Translations under genes and position numbers: made by a program
Notes under the pieces: generated by a model
The model's input: only the letters and a program-made list of their open reading frames with translations
Database searches by the model: none
What the model was told of the DNA's origin: nothing
Shown here: positions 48,102 through 58,755 of the stretch, in pieces
Numbering within the stretch: the stretch's first letter is position 1
Layout: each line of letters opens with the position of its first letter
IMG/VR virus record: IMGVR_UViG_3300035564_000075
Coordinates: 20,631-84,630 of that record
Source of the DNA: a virus
Length of the DNA stretch: 64,000 bases
Strand: one strand, 5' to 3'

Positions 48102-48548
48102 TTAGAGGGGAATTTCGTACTGCTCCCGCAAGTCTTTCTGCACCTGTTCATAGATCTTCAGGAACATCTCTTTTACCATTCTATCGGTACCCTCAGTCAT
48201 CTCATCAACTGCAAACTTACCAGCACCAAGCCTGATAGTCTGCATAGTGAGTAAAAGCCATGCTTGAGGCTTGAGGAAGAATCCCAGATTGACTACAGCA
48301 TAAATCGCAATCTCATCTTCGCTGTCATCATCTGGTACTGCCAGAAGACCAGCCAGAGGATAATCCTCACCATAGCCCTCATCCTTTTCAATGAGTTCTG
48401 CAATGGTTTCCTCGCGAGTCAATTCAGGGCGGATCTGACCTGTTGCCAGATATACACATGCAATAGCTTCCTTATCCTTGATGGAAATGCTAATAGTATC
48501 GGGATGTGCATTCTTGACATACTCATTGAAATCAAACTTTTCGCTCAT
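48102..48548 (-). CDS. Hypothetical protein
   Basis: 148-aa ORF with AGGAG RBS. Confidence 0.55.
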   Translation of the reverse strand: MSEKFDFNEYVKNAHPDTISISIKDKEAIACVYLATGQIRPELTREETIAELIEKDEGYGEDYPLAGLLAVPDDDSEDEIAIYAVVNLGFFLKPQAWLLLTMQTIRLGAGKFAVDEMTEGTDRMVKEMFLKIYEQVQKDLREQYEIPL

Positions 48549-48549
48549 G

Positions 48550-48855
48550 TTATGCTCCTATCTCTTGCAATATGGTCTCGACTTTGTTTTGTGGTATAGA
48601 ATTCCAGACATAGAGATTTTCAGGCGCAAGTAATCTATCAGCAGAATGCATTTTGCCATTCCAGCGCTTGGTGGTAGGATCTATAGCAAAGAAACGAACT
48701 GGTATCAAACCAGCTTTATTTGCAGGTCCAGTAACAATACCATAGTGCATGTCGCTGGCATGACTGACAATCTGCGTGATAAGAGCATGGGGTGGCAGTA
48801 ATACCACCTGCCACCCACGCTCTACTTGCCTAGGATCAACCTTACTTAGACTCAT
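48550..48855 (-). CDS. Hypothetical protein (SH3-like)
   Basis: GWQVV..YGIVTG..IPVRFF..PENL pattern. Confidence 0.5.
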   Translation of the reverse strand: MSLSKVDPRQVERGWQVVLLPPHALITQIVSHASDMHYGIVTGPANKAGLIPVRFFAIDPTTKRWNGKMHSADRLLAPENLYVWNSIPQNKVETILQEIGA

Positions 48856-50185
48856 CCAACCATCCTGGTCGATTGACCAAAGTTAGATATTTGGTGAAGA
48901 CTACGGTCAAGCCTTTAGCAAATCCATTCCGATCGCTAGCGACAATCACTGAATCACGATCGTGAAGAGTAAAAGCTTGATCTTGGAAGAACTTATCGTC
49001 CACGGTGAACACAACTGTTGCTTTGTCGCCTGGATTGAATCCTTCCTTGCCTTCAGCAAATGCAATCGTATCGCCATTCTTGAAAGTGTCTACAGGTTTC
49101 CAATCTGTCTGATTAGTCCAGACAAGATTCTTTTCATAACCACGCTCTGGGCCATAAACGATCATCCCCTCTTTTTCTGCCTTGAAGTACTTATCATACT
49201 CAGGTGCACCAGGGAGATATTTGACTTGAGCAATCTCGCCTTCCTGATAATAAGGACCATACTTTTTCATCTGAACCATGTCACCAACCTTGAAAAGGTT
49301 CTTGAAGGGAGGCTTAGCAGGTTCAAGCAAACGGAAACTTTCACGATGTCCCCAATGCCCACTCTCATTTCTTCCATCTGGGCTGTAGATAAGACCAGCA
49401 CTGGCATTTGAGAAATGATATTCATCATACTCCGGATCACCTGGAACGCTTACAACGATGAACTTCTCTGGTGAACCACAGAATGGTTTATCATCTATCT
49501 TCGCAATGACATCACCTTTCTTGAAGGTAGGCACTAATTTCTGCGGCTTAGGTTCTGGTCGAGCAACAAGAACATAATTTTCCATATATTCCCAACCCCT
49601 CTCAACAAGTTCAAAGCCCTTATTAGCATCCCTGAAATCCATTTTGTCATACTCAGGATCACCTGGAACAGACTCTACAGTGTAACGTGTTGGCATACAT
49701 GAACTATCGTTCTTATGCACCACAATGTCACCCTTCCGAAAAATAGGTTCTACAAGAGTGAGAAATGATGCAGGAACCCAGTAAAAACCACGTGAATCAT
49801 CAGTCTTCACAACTGTTACACCCTCTGAGGCAGTGTAAAATCCCTGTTTATCATACTCTTGCATGCCAGGAACTGAATTGATGGTATATTCTTTGCCTTT
49901 TTCCAAACCGAAGAAGTAGTGATTCAGTACAACTTTATCGCCTTTTTTGAACATGGGAGTCTCCTTTTTCTGAACTTTGATGTCGGATGTCTTTTCAGTT
50001 CCAATGCTTGCAAGCACAAAACAATCTTCACGATCGATACTTTTGTGTTCATTGACAACTCGATACCCTAAACCGCCAGCAGTTTCAACCAGCCTGTCTT
50101 CAACTTCGAAAACCTTCCCGATTCGATCTGCATACCAATATGTTTCAAGTTTGGAACCAGTGATTTGCACAAGCGTAGTATCCAT
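48842..50185 (-). CDS. Protein with five tandem SH3/KOW-like repeats
   Basis: Five FKxGD-started units; the first four carry (SV/YL)PG..EYD; start moved to MDTTLV. Confidence 0.75.
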   Translation of the reverse strand: MDTTLVQITGSKLETYWYADRIGKVFEVEDRLVETAGGLGYRVVNEHKSIDREDCFVLASIGTEKTSDIKVQKKETPMFKKGDKVVLNHYFFGLEKGKEYTINSVPGMQEYDKQGFYTASEGVTVVKTDDSRGFYWVPASFLTLVEPIFRKGDIVVHKNDSSCMPTRYTVESVPGDPEYDKMDFRDANKGFELVERGWEYMENYVLVARPEPKPQKLVPTFKKGDVIAKIDDKPFCGSPEKFIVVSVPGDPEYDEYHFSNASAGLIYSPDGRNESGHWGHRESFRLLEPAKPPFKNLFKVGDMVQMKKYGPYYQEGEIAQVKYLPGAPEYDKYFKAEKEGMIVYGPERGYEKNLVWTNQTDWKPVDTFKNGDTIAFAEGKEGFNPGDKATVVFTVDDKFFQDQAFTLHDRDSVIVASDRNGFAKGLTVVFTKYLTLVNRPGWLDESK

Positions 50186-50232
50186 ATAGTCTCCTTTGGG
50201 AGGGAGGCCCCCTTCCTCCCTCAATAGTCTAG

Positions 50233-50712
50233 TTAGAACGGATCTTCACCAGTTCCAGTTGTAGCAGAACCACCACCAGAGTCTTCTTGCGAGTCTCCTA
50301 CTGTTGGCTCATCTTCATCAAATGGGGTAGAATTGACTGCCTTTTCAGGCTTGCCCTCATCTTCATCTTTAGAGTTCAGGAAACGTACTACACCAGCACT
50401 GATTTCGAAAGATGCACGCATTGAACCATCTTGCCCAGTCCATACACGTGGACCACCAGTTGCAGGATCTGCAGTAAGACGACCTTCCACCAGCACTTTC
50501 GAGCCTTTATGCAGATATTGATTGGCAACCTCACCTAATTTGCCCCATGCAGAAACACGGAACCAGACAGTCTCTTTGACAGTTTCACCATTAGCACCAG
50601 TATATTTGCGGTTGGTAGCAACGGTGAAGGATGTCACTGCCTGTCCTGATGGCGTATAGCGCATTTCAGGATCTTTGCCAAGATTACCGACGATCGTAAT
50701 TGATTGGTACAT
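50233..50712 (-). CDS. ssb: Single-stranded DNA-binding protein
   Basis: IVGNLGKDPEMRYTPSG..ETVWFRVSAWGK..KGSKVLVEGRL and acidic tail ending DPF. Confidence 0.97.
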   Translation of the reverse strand: MYQSITIVGNLGKDPEMRYTPSGQAVTSFTVATNRKYTGANGETVKETVWFRVSAWGKLGEVANQYLHKGSKVLVEGRLTADPATGGPRVWTGQDGSMRASFEISAGVVRFLNSKDEDEGKPEKAVNSTPFDEDEPTVGDSQEDSGGGSATTGTGEDPF

Positions 50713-50750
50713 AGTTGTTCTCCTTTAGAATGTTGACGGATAGTGTAACA

Positions 50751-51263
50751 CTAATCAGGAATTAAAGCAAGCAGTTCAGCAATCTCACCACCATAGTTCT
50801 GCAATAGCTTGGTCAAGCGCGCAACCAGCTTGGGCTCGGTGGTAGACAGAAGAACCACTTCCTGTACATGACTTTTCATTTCTTCAATGCGAGCAACCTT
50901 CTCTGCAATACCAGGATACAGATCTTCAGAGACTTCTTGCCTGTAGTACTTGTTTACATGATCAAGAAAGTTACTGTACAGGCCACTATCGTAGGAATAG
51001 AAATTCGAATCTTCCTTTCTCAATGCTCCACGCAGAGTACTATTGAATTCCTCTTTGGCCTTATTGAGATCCCTTTCTTGCTGTTCCAATTTCTGGTGTA
51101 GTGCTAAGATGTTTTTCAGTCCATGCCTTGCCTCAAAATGAGAAATAGCTTCCTTCTCGACTTTCTTATTATCGATGGGTTTCTCAAGTTTGGCAATCTG
51201 TGCATCCAGAACGGCAAAGATCTTGCGGGTGAAGAAATCACGGACTTCCTTATTTACGGACAT
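50751..51263 (-). CDS. Hypothetical coiled-coil protein
   Basis: 170-aa ORF with AAGGAG RBS. Confidence 0.6.
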   Translation of the reverse strand: MSVNKEVRDFFTRKIFAVLDAQIAKLEKPIDNKKVEKEAISHFEARHGLKNILALHQKLEQQERDLNKAKEEFNSTLRGALRKEDSNFYSYDSGLYSNFLDHVNKYYRQEVSEDLYPGIAEKVARIEEMKSHVQEVVLLSTTEPKLVARLTKLLQNYGGEIAELLALIPD

Positions 51264-51274
51264 AGTTAGTCTCC

Positions 51275-51709
51275 TTATGATATGGGGTAGTTCTCTTGAA
51301 TGAATTTGACACGTTCATCATCGATATTCTTGCGTTGTCTTTCAAGTACCCAGTCAATAGCACTGACGACAGTATCCTTGGTGTCAATATAGCTTCCTGG
51401 CTTGTCGCCAACTACCCAAGTGACAAGTTCGGTATTGACCATCCAGAATGCATAAGAGAAGAAAGTCTGTATCTGCAAGCTGGAATTGCTATCTGGAAGG
51501 ACTAGCAAATATACTGTATCATGTGTGCTGAAATTGGGAGAATTAGCCAGCTCATCTAGTTTCTCACGCAGCAACTCAAGCAATGCATACTTGGGTAGCT
51601 TACGTGGATCTACACTGAGTGGTCCTATGATAGTGCGCTGTTCCGCATCAGGAAGATTCTCCTCATAATCATAGGGTTGATTTGTCATATTCAGTATATT
51701 TATTCTCAT
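51275..51709 (-). CDS. Hypothetical protein
   Basis: 144-aa ORF in operon. Confidence 0.5.
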   Translation of the reverse strand: MRINILNMTNQPYDYEENLPDAEQRTIIGPLSVDPRKLPKYALLELLREKLDELANSPNFSTHDTVYLLVLPDSNSSLQIQTFFSYAFWMVNTELVTWVVGDKPGSYIDTKDTVVSAIDWVLERQRKNIDDERVKFIQENYPIS

Positions 51710-51924
51710 ATTAGTCCTTCAGTCCAGAAAAATGGCCCAAAATTTATGTCTCCATCTGAGTTCTTGCCAAATGCCCAGTTGAATGGAGTGAACCAAAGTT
51801 CCTTATTTAACCTTGAAAAACTGATGACGATCCACACTACCATATACCAGTGTATTTTATAATCGCCACCGGATTCATTTATTGCCCTATCAAGCACAGT
51901 ATACGGAAAGAAACTGATCTTCAT
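51706..51924 (-). CDS. Small aromatic-rich protein, PFxWxF..GP family
   Basis: TPFNWAFG..FGPFFW. Confidence 0.6.
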   Translation of the reverse strand: MKISFFPYTVLDRAINESGGDYKIHWYMVVWIVISFSRLNKELWFTPFNWAFGKNSDGDINFGPFFWTEGLI

Positions 51925-52564
51925 GCTATTCCATCCTTTTCTTCATAAGGCGATAGACTTCATCATAGGTAGCACTTGGGAGATTACTAGCCATAAAACC
52001 TTCCAGTGCTTTGGCATCCTGCTCACATCTTTTTTCAAGTGGTACTTCTACCAAATTACCGCATGAATCAGCTTCAGGAAGCTTTTTCACAAACTTGACT
52101 TTGCTATGATAAACCATTTCATTCAATTTGATCTTCATATACACCTCACTTGTAAGAGCATTCTACTACTGGTGAACGTAAACGTCAAGGGTCCAGGGCC
52201 ATGAGGGAAGAAGTGCATGGGAATATGTCTTTCCTGATGATACCAGCGAAAGACAATGTGAGGGCCAGCAAAACTGCCGACCCTCCATTCTTCCCATTCC
52301 AGCTTTACCTTATGCTTCACTTCTTCCCAGACTCGTAATCGTCAAAGTTGAAACAAGAGCCATCGTCTTTATACCAGAAGTATGCATGCCACTTCTCAAA
52401 ATTGCTACGGAATTCATCAAGAACTCCACCAGGAACTGTCTTCATAAGCATTGTAAACATCTTGAAGGCAGCTTTTCTAGCAGGTTCCTTGACAGAATCC
52501 CATATATAACGATTGATATTAGCATGCAATGATCCACCCGAAAAGGGAAATCTCAATGGTTCGC

Positions 52565-53167
52565 TCATGAGTTTGGTCCTCCTGCTGATACACCCTGCGG
52601 AATTACTCCAATTATCACAGTGCCATCAGCCTTAGATTGGATATGGATTACATTGCCATTGACAATACCCTGCTTGTCCTGATTGATATTGGTAGGGAAG
52701 TTGTTGTTTACCCATTCAAGAGTCTCAATACCAAAGATCCGCAATATGACCTTTCCTACTATCTGTCCTTGGATTTGAGCATCATAGTCACCAACCACAT
52801 TATCAATCACAAATGAGCCATTCTTACATACCCCTGCAACAAGACCATCAGTAAGATTGAAATAGACCCTACAGCCTGGAAGTTGACTATCATACTGTGC
52901 TTCACGAGTAAAGCCATTGCTAAGAAGCACATCATCCCTATCCACTACTGGAATTGGAGTAAGAGTAGGAGCAACCTGAGTTGGCACAGGCGTAGGAACG
53001 CTTACAGGAGGTTCGACAAGTGCAGGAACTGGAGGATCTACAGGCAATGGTTCTTGTGATGCTTGCATCTTTGCCATGGTACCTACTATCAATACCACAA
53101 TCACAAGAAAGTCAAGGATAACAAGATTGACGATGGTCAGTATATTGAGTACTTTCTGTCGGTTCAT
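52565..53167 (-). CDS. Membrane-anchored exported protein
   Basis: N-terminal TM helix, Pro/Thr linker (PTPVPTQVAPTLTP), globular C-terminus. Confidence 0.7.
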   Translation of the reverse strand: MNRQKVLNILTIVNLVILDFLVIVVLIVGTMAKMQASQEPLPVDPPVPALVEPPVSVPTPVPTQVAPTLTPIPVVDRDDVLLSNGFTREAQYDSQLPGCRVYFNLTDGLVAGVCKNGSFVIDNVVGDYDAQIQGQIVGKVILRIFGIETLEWVNNNFPTNINQDKQGIVNGNVIHIQSKADGTVIIGVIPQGVSAGGPNS

Positions 53168-53694
53168 AGTCCAGTCTCTTTCTTATTTGAACGATTGAAC
53201 TTGCCGGTCAGTTCATGCGCAAGATGAGTAACCCACTCAATACCTTCGATGGAACGGGTCAAGAACACACCCATGCCAGCCGCACCAAGCACATAGATTT
53301 CCAGTCTGCCAAAACGTGGATCGATGATGTACAGGGCGGTCAGCAATGCAGCAGACCACATTCCAGAGCAGTTAGCACAGGTAATCAAATCAGCAAACAC
53401 TTTGACACATGGATGTAATGTAGCCTTCGGTTGAGGATCTTCACCAGCACCCGAGCTATGCGGAACCATGTCTGTCAATGGAGCACGCAGCCACTCAAAG
53501 ATGGCAAGATAGCCAACGGCACGTGCAACCAGGGATGATGCTGGAATCAAAGCCAGCATAACACTCAATTCCAATCCTTTGAATGGCACATCTGGCAAGC
53601 GTGTGGACGCAAAGAACAAGATTGTTTCAAGTACGGTGAGAAAGACGACCAGGGTTACATAGCGGCAAATGTTAGCGGAAGTGTTTTTGTCCAC
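53164..53694 (-). CDS. DUF1360-like membrane protein
   Basis: IFEWLRAP..DLITCANCSGMW plus TM helices. Confidence 0.75.
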   Translation of the reverse strand: MDKNTSANICRYVTLVVFLTVLETILFFASTRLPDVPFKGLELSVMLALIPASSLVARAVGYLAIFEWLRAPLTDMVPHSSGAGEDPQPKATLHPCVKVFADLITCANCSGMWSAALLTALYIIDPRFGRLEIYVLGAAGMGVFLTRSIEGIEWVTHLAHELTGKFNRSNKKETGL

Positions 53695-53990
53695 GGTAGT
53701 TTTCCTTTCTAATATCCGGCTGGAATAACTTTGCTATCACCAATCACTTCAAAGTCAGCATCTTTAGCGAAATAGGCCGTAGTGACAGTATGAAAACTGC
53801 CATCTTCTCTTGATTCCAAAGTGGTAGTTACTGCCTTAGTGCTATACCCATCTGGGGTAATCATACGGTCTATTTCAAGGTCAAATGGAGTAACATCCAC
53901 TACCACCAGCAAAGCCCCATAGTGGGGCTTGCACTGGTTCGTCATTTGAATGACATCACCAATCAATGCTTTATGATACATGGTATCCTC

Positions 53991-54275
53991 CTATATACCA
54001 CAACCACAACCGCTATCATCATCCTCTTCTTCATCACCATCTTCAACTTCTTTGAAGGATGGAGAATTCTCAATCTCGAATATTTTCTCGACACTGAGCT
54101 CGACTTCGAAGACAGTACCATCTTCTATATTGTCCCATTCTGCATCCTCAAGCTGTTTCAGCAGACCTTCCTGGGTAGAAGCAATGAACAAACCATCAGC
54201 TTCATCCTTGAGCAGATCGATAAGATCAGATTCTTTTGCATTGCTATCATCAGTGTAAATGAACAGTTTAGCCAT
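53991..54275 (-). CDS. Acidic small protein ending GCGCGI
   Basis: Start moved to MAKLFI (AGGAG RBS); roughly one third Asp/Glu. Confidence 0.6.
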   Translation of the reverse strand: MAKLFIYTDDSNAKESDLIDLLKDEADGLFIASTQEGLLKQLEDAEWDNIEDGTVFEVELSVEKIFEIENSPSFKEVEDGDEEEDDDSGCGCGI

Positions 54276-54285
54276 TGTATATCTC

Positions 54286-54480
54286 CTATGAGTGAATGAG
54301 TATTGAGAGAGGACCGACAAAATAAAAGTTCAGGTTCCGCATGGTATTGTCATGTTCGAAAGTCCACCAGAAGGGCTGGATGTCAATATCGATATTCTTG
54401 TGTTGTATTCGCAACAACACAAATTTCCACCACCTGAAATCAGGGTGTTTGACAGGATATGGATTGAATGTTATCTTCAT
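54286..54480 (-). CDS. Small protein, PFxWxF..GP family
   Basis: MKITFNPY..QPFWWTF..VGPL. Confidence 0.55.
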   Translation of the reverse strand: MKITFNPYPVKHPDFRWWKFVLLRIQHKNIDIDIQPFWWTFEHDNTMRNLNFYFVGPLSILIHS

Positions 54481-54799
54481 TCTATTTTCCTATTAGGAAT
54501 TTCTGAAGCCGCTTGTACCAAAAGTGGCGTTTTTGGACCATCGGGCGTTTCCTTTTGGACAAAATCTTCATCTTTCATGGTTGCGGGATCTTGAACCTTA
54601 ACCCCCTCAGGTACAAGGGGGTCAGGTTCCGATGGAATAGCAGAGATGGTTGCATAGAGTTCATCCCAGTCTTTGATGATCTGTGACTTGGGACTGAAAG
54701 GCACAACCAGCCTATTGATACCACCAATGGAAGTAATCTGGTAGTTCAAATGCTTGGCCTTTAGTAAAGCCTCAACATCTCTACGCTGATAGGTATGCA

Positions 54800-56089
54800 T
54801 TAGTTCACGATCCTGGCGTCACGAATCTTCTCGGTGATTTCAGCGTTGGTCATTTCAGCCTTCAGTTTGGCAACTGCAATACCAACACGAATATCCCAGA
54901 TGTCACCAGACTGGAGAGTGGTTGAACTCTTGTCACCATTCTTGTAGACCAAAGTGACGATCTTATTCTGCAGATCCACTTCAACGTCGAAGTCATCACC
55001 CATGTGACTGTGCTGTGTATCCTGCGACTTGGGAGCAAATTCTCTCATATGCATTTCAGCATCAGCGGTGGGTTTCTTTGCTTCAACGTTGAAATCCAGC
55101 CAGTCACGATGCCACTCGAAACTTTCTCCATCCAGATTGTACCACTCAGGAAATTCTGATCTTCGTGTAGCTTCGAATATCTGTCCGGCCATCAATTGCA
55201 TTTTACTGGTATAAATATCAGTGTGGCCTTTAGCGTCTTCAGCACGAGTTGACACTGGCATATAACGAACACGGACCCTTGCTTCTTTGGGATAAACAGG
55301 TGCTGGCTCATTATAAAGTGTAAAATCACCTGCCAGGAAGTAATTACCACCACCAGCGTCACGACGCTCGCTAAGCTGAACAACCCGAGGCCATGCACCT
55401 TCAGACTCATCGGTGGGATCAAAACCACAACCACAACCACCAGTATCTTTAGCTGATCTAGCTTCCATGATGGCGGCAACATACATGAATCCTTGCTTTT
55501 TTCCACCATAATCGTTCCATGCAGATTCATCTGCAAGCGCTTGAATAGGATCTTTCTCTCGACCACCACCATTCCAGCTTTTGCGGAAAGGAACGACCTT
55601 CATACCAATTTTTACGTCTTTGATGTCCATGCCTTTGTTCTCCTCTACTTTGATTTCTTTATCAACCGGAACGACTTTTACGGCAAGGAAAGTATTCAGG
55701 GGTCTGTCACTCTTGTCTCTCAAATAGCCGCCATAGTAACCTTTCTGATACTTTCCATAGGTAACATTCACAAGAATTCCAACTTTGCCTATTACCTTTT
55801 CTTTGGCAGTATACCACGCATCACGATCGCCAACATCAACAACTTTGACTAATTGCCCTTCTGAAATATAAGGCTCAAAGTCCTCAAAATTGAAGAAATC
55901 GCCACCATGTAGCTCGGAATCTTGGCATAACAAAGCATAAGAATCACCATATTCTTTTCCTTTCAGGTACAGATATGGATGATCTGTGTCTTTTACACTG
56001 TTCCATGCATTGGAATGCTCAAGACCACTCCATGCAGTTTTCTGAAAAGGTACTACCTTCATACCACGTACAGCATACTGTTGTTCCAT
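54800..56089 (-). CDS. Multi-module protein with repeated SH3-like domains
   Basis: Two GMKVVPFxK..(S)AWN..G(D/N)(F/Y)F..DF.PY-type repeats plus other modules. Confidence 0.7.
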   Translation of the reverse strand: MEQQYAVRGMKVVPFQKTAWSGLEHSNAWNSVKDTDHPYLYLKGKEYGDSYALLCQDSELHGGDFFNFEDFEPYISEGQLVKVVDVGDRDAWYTAKEKVIGKVGILVNVTYGKYQKGYYGGYLRDKSDRPLNTFLAVKVVPVDKEIKVEENKGMDIKDVKIGMKVVPFRKSWNGGGREKDPIQALADESAWNDYGGKKQGFMYVAAIMEARSAKDTGGCGCGFDPTDESEGAWPRVVQLSERRDAGGGNYFLAGDFTLYNEPAPVYPKEARVRVRYMPVSTRAEDAKGHTDIYTSKMQLMAGQIFEATRRSEFPEWYNLDGESFEWHRDWLDFNVEAKKPTADAEMHMREFAPKSQDTQHSHMGDDFDVEVDLQNKIVTLVYKNGDKSSTTLQSGDIWDIRVGIAVAKLKAEMTNAEITEKIRDARIVN

Positions 56090-56090
56090 A

Positions 56091-57835
56091 TTATCTCCTT
56101 CCTATTCTGCCTAATGCGGATAGGCCATCGAAAATAACAAAGATGGGCCACAAAACAACAACCATGAAACAAACAATCATTCTGGTGGCTCTGAAATTGT
56201 ACTTGGCATTCCTGTTTATGAACAGGTACAACAATGCAATCAAGATACCAATTCCAACATACACCAGAATCAACGCAGTTGCAAGATCCATATTGTCTCC
56301 AATTGGCAGTATACTATAGAACCATGAATCTGTAAAGGTTATTGTGACAAGACCCAAGCTATTACCAGAAGAACGATTATCATCTAATGCCTCACAGCAT
56401 GAATATAAGCACAATTATCCATAATGGGATAGCAAGCCACCAATATAAGCTATTCACCATTATAGCAAATAGTGAAGCTGTAAGTGCTGCCACAAAAACA
56501 CTGCCAAACAGCTTGAACTCAAGTCTGTTGTTCATATTATCTGTTATCCCAGTAGATTACCCATGGACCGATGCAAAGCGTGTGATCAAACATCCCTTTG
56601 CCAAGATCTGTAAATGCCCATGATAATGGATAGAAAGCAACGCCTGCTTTGTTTCCCAGATAGCTAAACAAGGGACCCCTGTTAGCTACAGCTTTTGGAG
56701 ACCATTCAAAAGACTTGCTTGGACGACCATAACATCCCATAGTATCCTCCTATATGCAGAACAGATTGAGTGTCATGCCAATTACCATGACTGCCAAGGC
56801 TACAATCCCAAGTATGATCATGTAGAAGGTAAGAACCTTCAATATCCCTCTTTTGGTCATCAGGTTGGTATAGATGTTGAGTAGCACAAATATAACCGCA
56901 AACAATACAGCAAAGAAGTGATTTGCGTCCACATTATTCTCCCTAGCAATGCTGAATTCGTAACTTGCTATTACACAAACTAAAGGGCGGAGGCGGGGTT
57001 GGATAAGTACCACCATTACTGATTCGACTGGGTATATTCACCACTACCGCAAACACAAATACCATCAGAAGATTCAACAGTTTGTTTTTCATATTATCTC
57101 TCCTAATACCAGACAATTGGCCCAAAGTGATGCACTATATTAGTCTGACCGAACTCCCAATTGAAAGGGGTAATTCGGAAACCGGAGAACTGATATGTAT
57201 TATGTATGCCAAACAACACAAATATTCCAACTCTCCATAACAATCTAAACAGTTCCAATTCTGTATACTTTCCCAGTCTGATTCGCATGTCTCTCCTTAT
57301 AACCAGAATGATAGGATTGCAATCCCCACACACACAATTCCTATTAGGATCATCAGGTAATAACGTAGTTTTTTGTTCATATTATTTCAGTTAGTGCTGA
57401 TATACCCATGCATAGGAACATCACAAATGCAAGATCTATCCAATCAGTGATGATTCCACCCAGTGCAGCACAAACCATCAACACAAAGAATATAGCTATA
57501 AACGCACGCGATAGTACTCTCTTTAGCAGTTCCATGGTTTATCTCCTATTTATCAAAACCATCTCTCTCAACTCTACGATCAGCACGATTGAACAACCAC
57601 CAATACCCCAACATGATTATGATAGGAGCAAAACAACAACAATCAGTCAGTATCTTCGCTGAGAGTGACATGGCTAGAACTTTCCATTGTAGCAAATGCG
57701 TGGAGATGTCTCATTACAGCAGTACATCATGCCATGATACCTACGACAGTAAAGACCACTGTTAGTAGGATTGCCACCTATCCCACCTATGATGAATATA
57801 CTCAATACAGCAACCATGAACAGTCTAAGTTTCAT
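56091..57835 (-). other. Cluster of about 11 tiny membrane/secreted ORFs
   Basis: ORFs starting at 56291, 56535, 56740, 56932, 57092, 57288, 57380, 57535, 57671 and 57835; most have a GGAG-type RBS and a hydrophobic helix. Confidence 0.65.
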
Positions 57836-57846
57836 ATCATCTCTCC

Positions 57847-58158
57847 TTATTCCACTCTAATCCAGCCTGTGTTCGTCAAGGCATCATTCCAGATGCTTCT
57901 AGGCGTCATAAACAGATTCCTGAATGAGTGAAACCTGGGAACACTGTCCCTATCAGACATATAGGTAATCCCATTGGGATGCAATGCAGTAATCATCCAT
58001 GTATCTGGTAAACCATCAAACCTAATCATACTATTCTCCCTAAGCATGATAGTCTTAGCCTTACCAGTTACCTTTATCTCTCTGGGAATACCATGATCCA
58101 GATCTGCCTCTATCAGTATATGACTAATTCCCATGAACTGTCCTATATCTGTCAGCAT
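57847..58158 (-). CDS. Hypothetical protein
   Basis: 103-aa ORF with AAGGA RBS. Confidence 0.5.
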   Translation of the reverse strand: MLTDIGQFMGISHILIEADLDHGIPREIKVTGKAKTIMLRENSMIRFDGLPDTWMITALHPNGITYMSDRDSVPRFHSFRNLFMTPRSIWNDALTNTGWIRVE

Positions 58159-58755
58159 GTTCCTTATCTCCCTAGTGCAATAAATACCTCAATACCATCC
58201 CTAATACTATATAAGGAACCATCCTACATATAGACCTGAACGTAACAATCAATACTCTTCTCATATCTATCCTCATACTACATCTCCTTATAGGAATATA
58301 TACTTTCCTATCCACTATACCCTATAACAATGGCTAGGGGTGTATATGGGACTACTAGCTCTTTCGCTTCACTCTCCAGTACAGTGCTATGATGCCCAGA
58401 TCCACTTGTAATGGCATACCGAAGAATGGTAGTTTGGCAGCAGTACCATCTGCAAACTTGATTGCGCTTGTGATCCACTCTTCTGGGTCCTTACGGATGC
58501 GTATTACGAAGCGCTTGAAGGCAAACAGCCAACTGAAGGGCAGATTCTGGAATACCATGCGAATTCTCCTAATAGGAATTATACACCACGTGCACAATCT
58601 TGACAATGGCTACAGTACCCTTGCGACGCATAGCTGCATCCAATGCCTGTTCAGCAGTAACATGCGGCTTGATGTGCAGCAAGCGTATGATCCAGAAGGG
58701 AATGACCAGATAGCGATCGGGGATCAGTTTCGGTGCCATAGCATGCTCCTATAAA

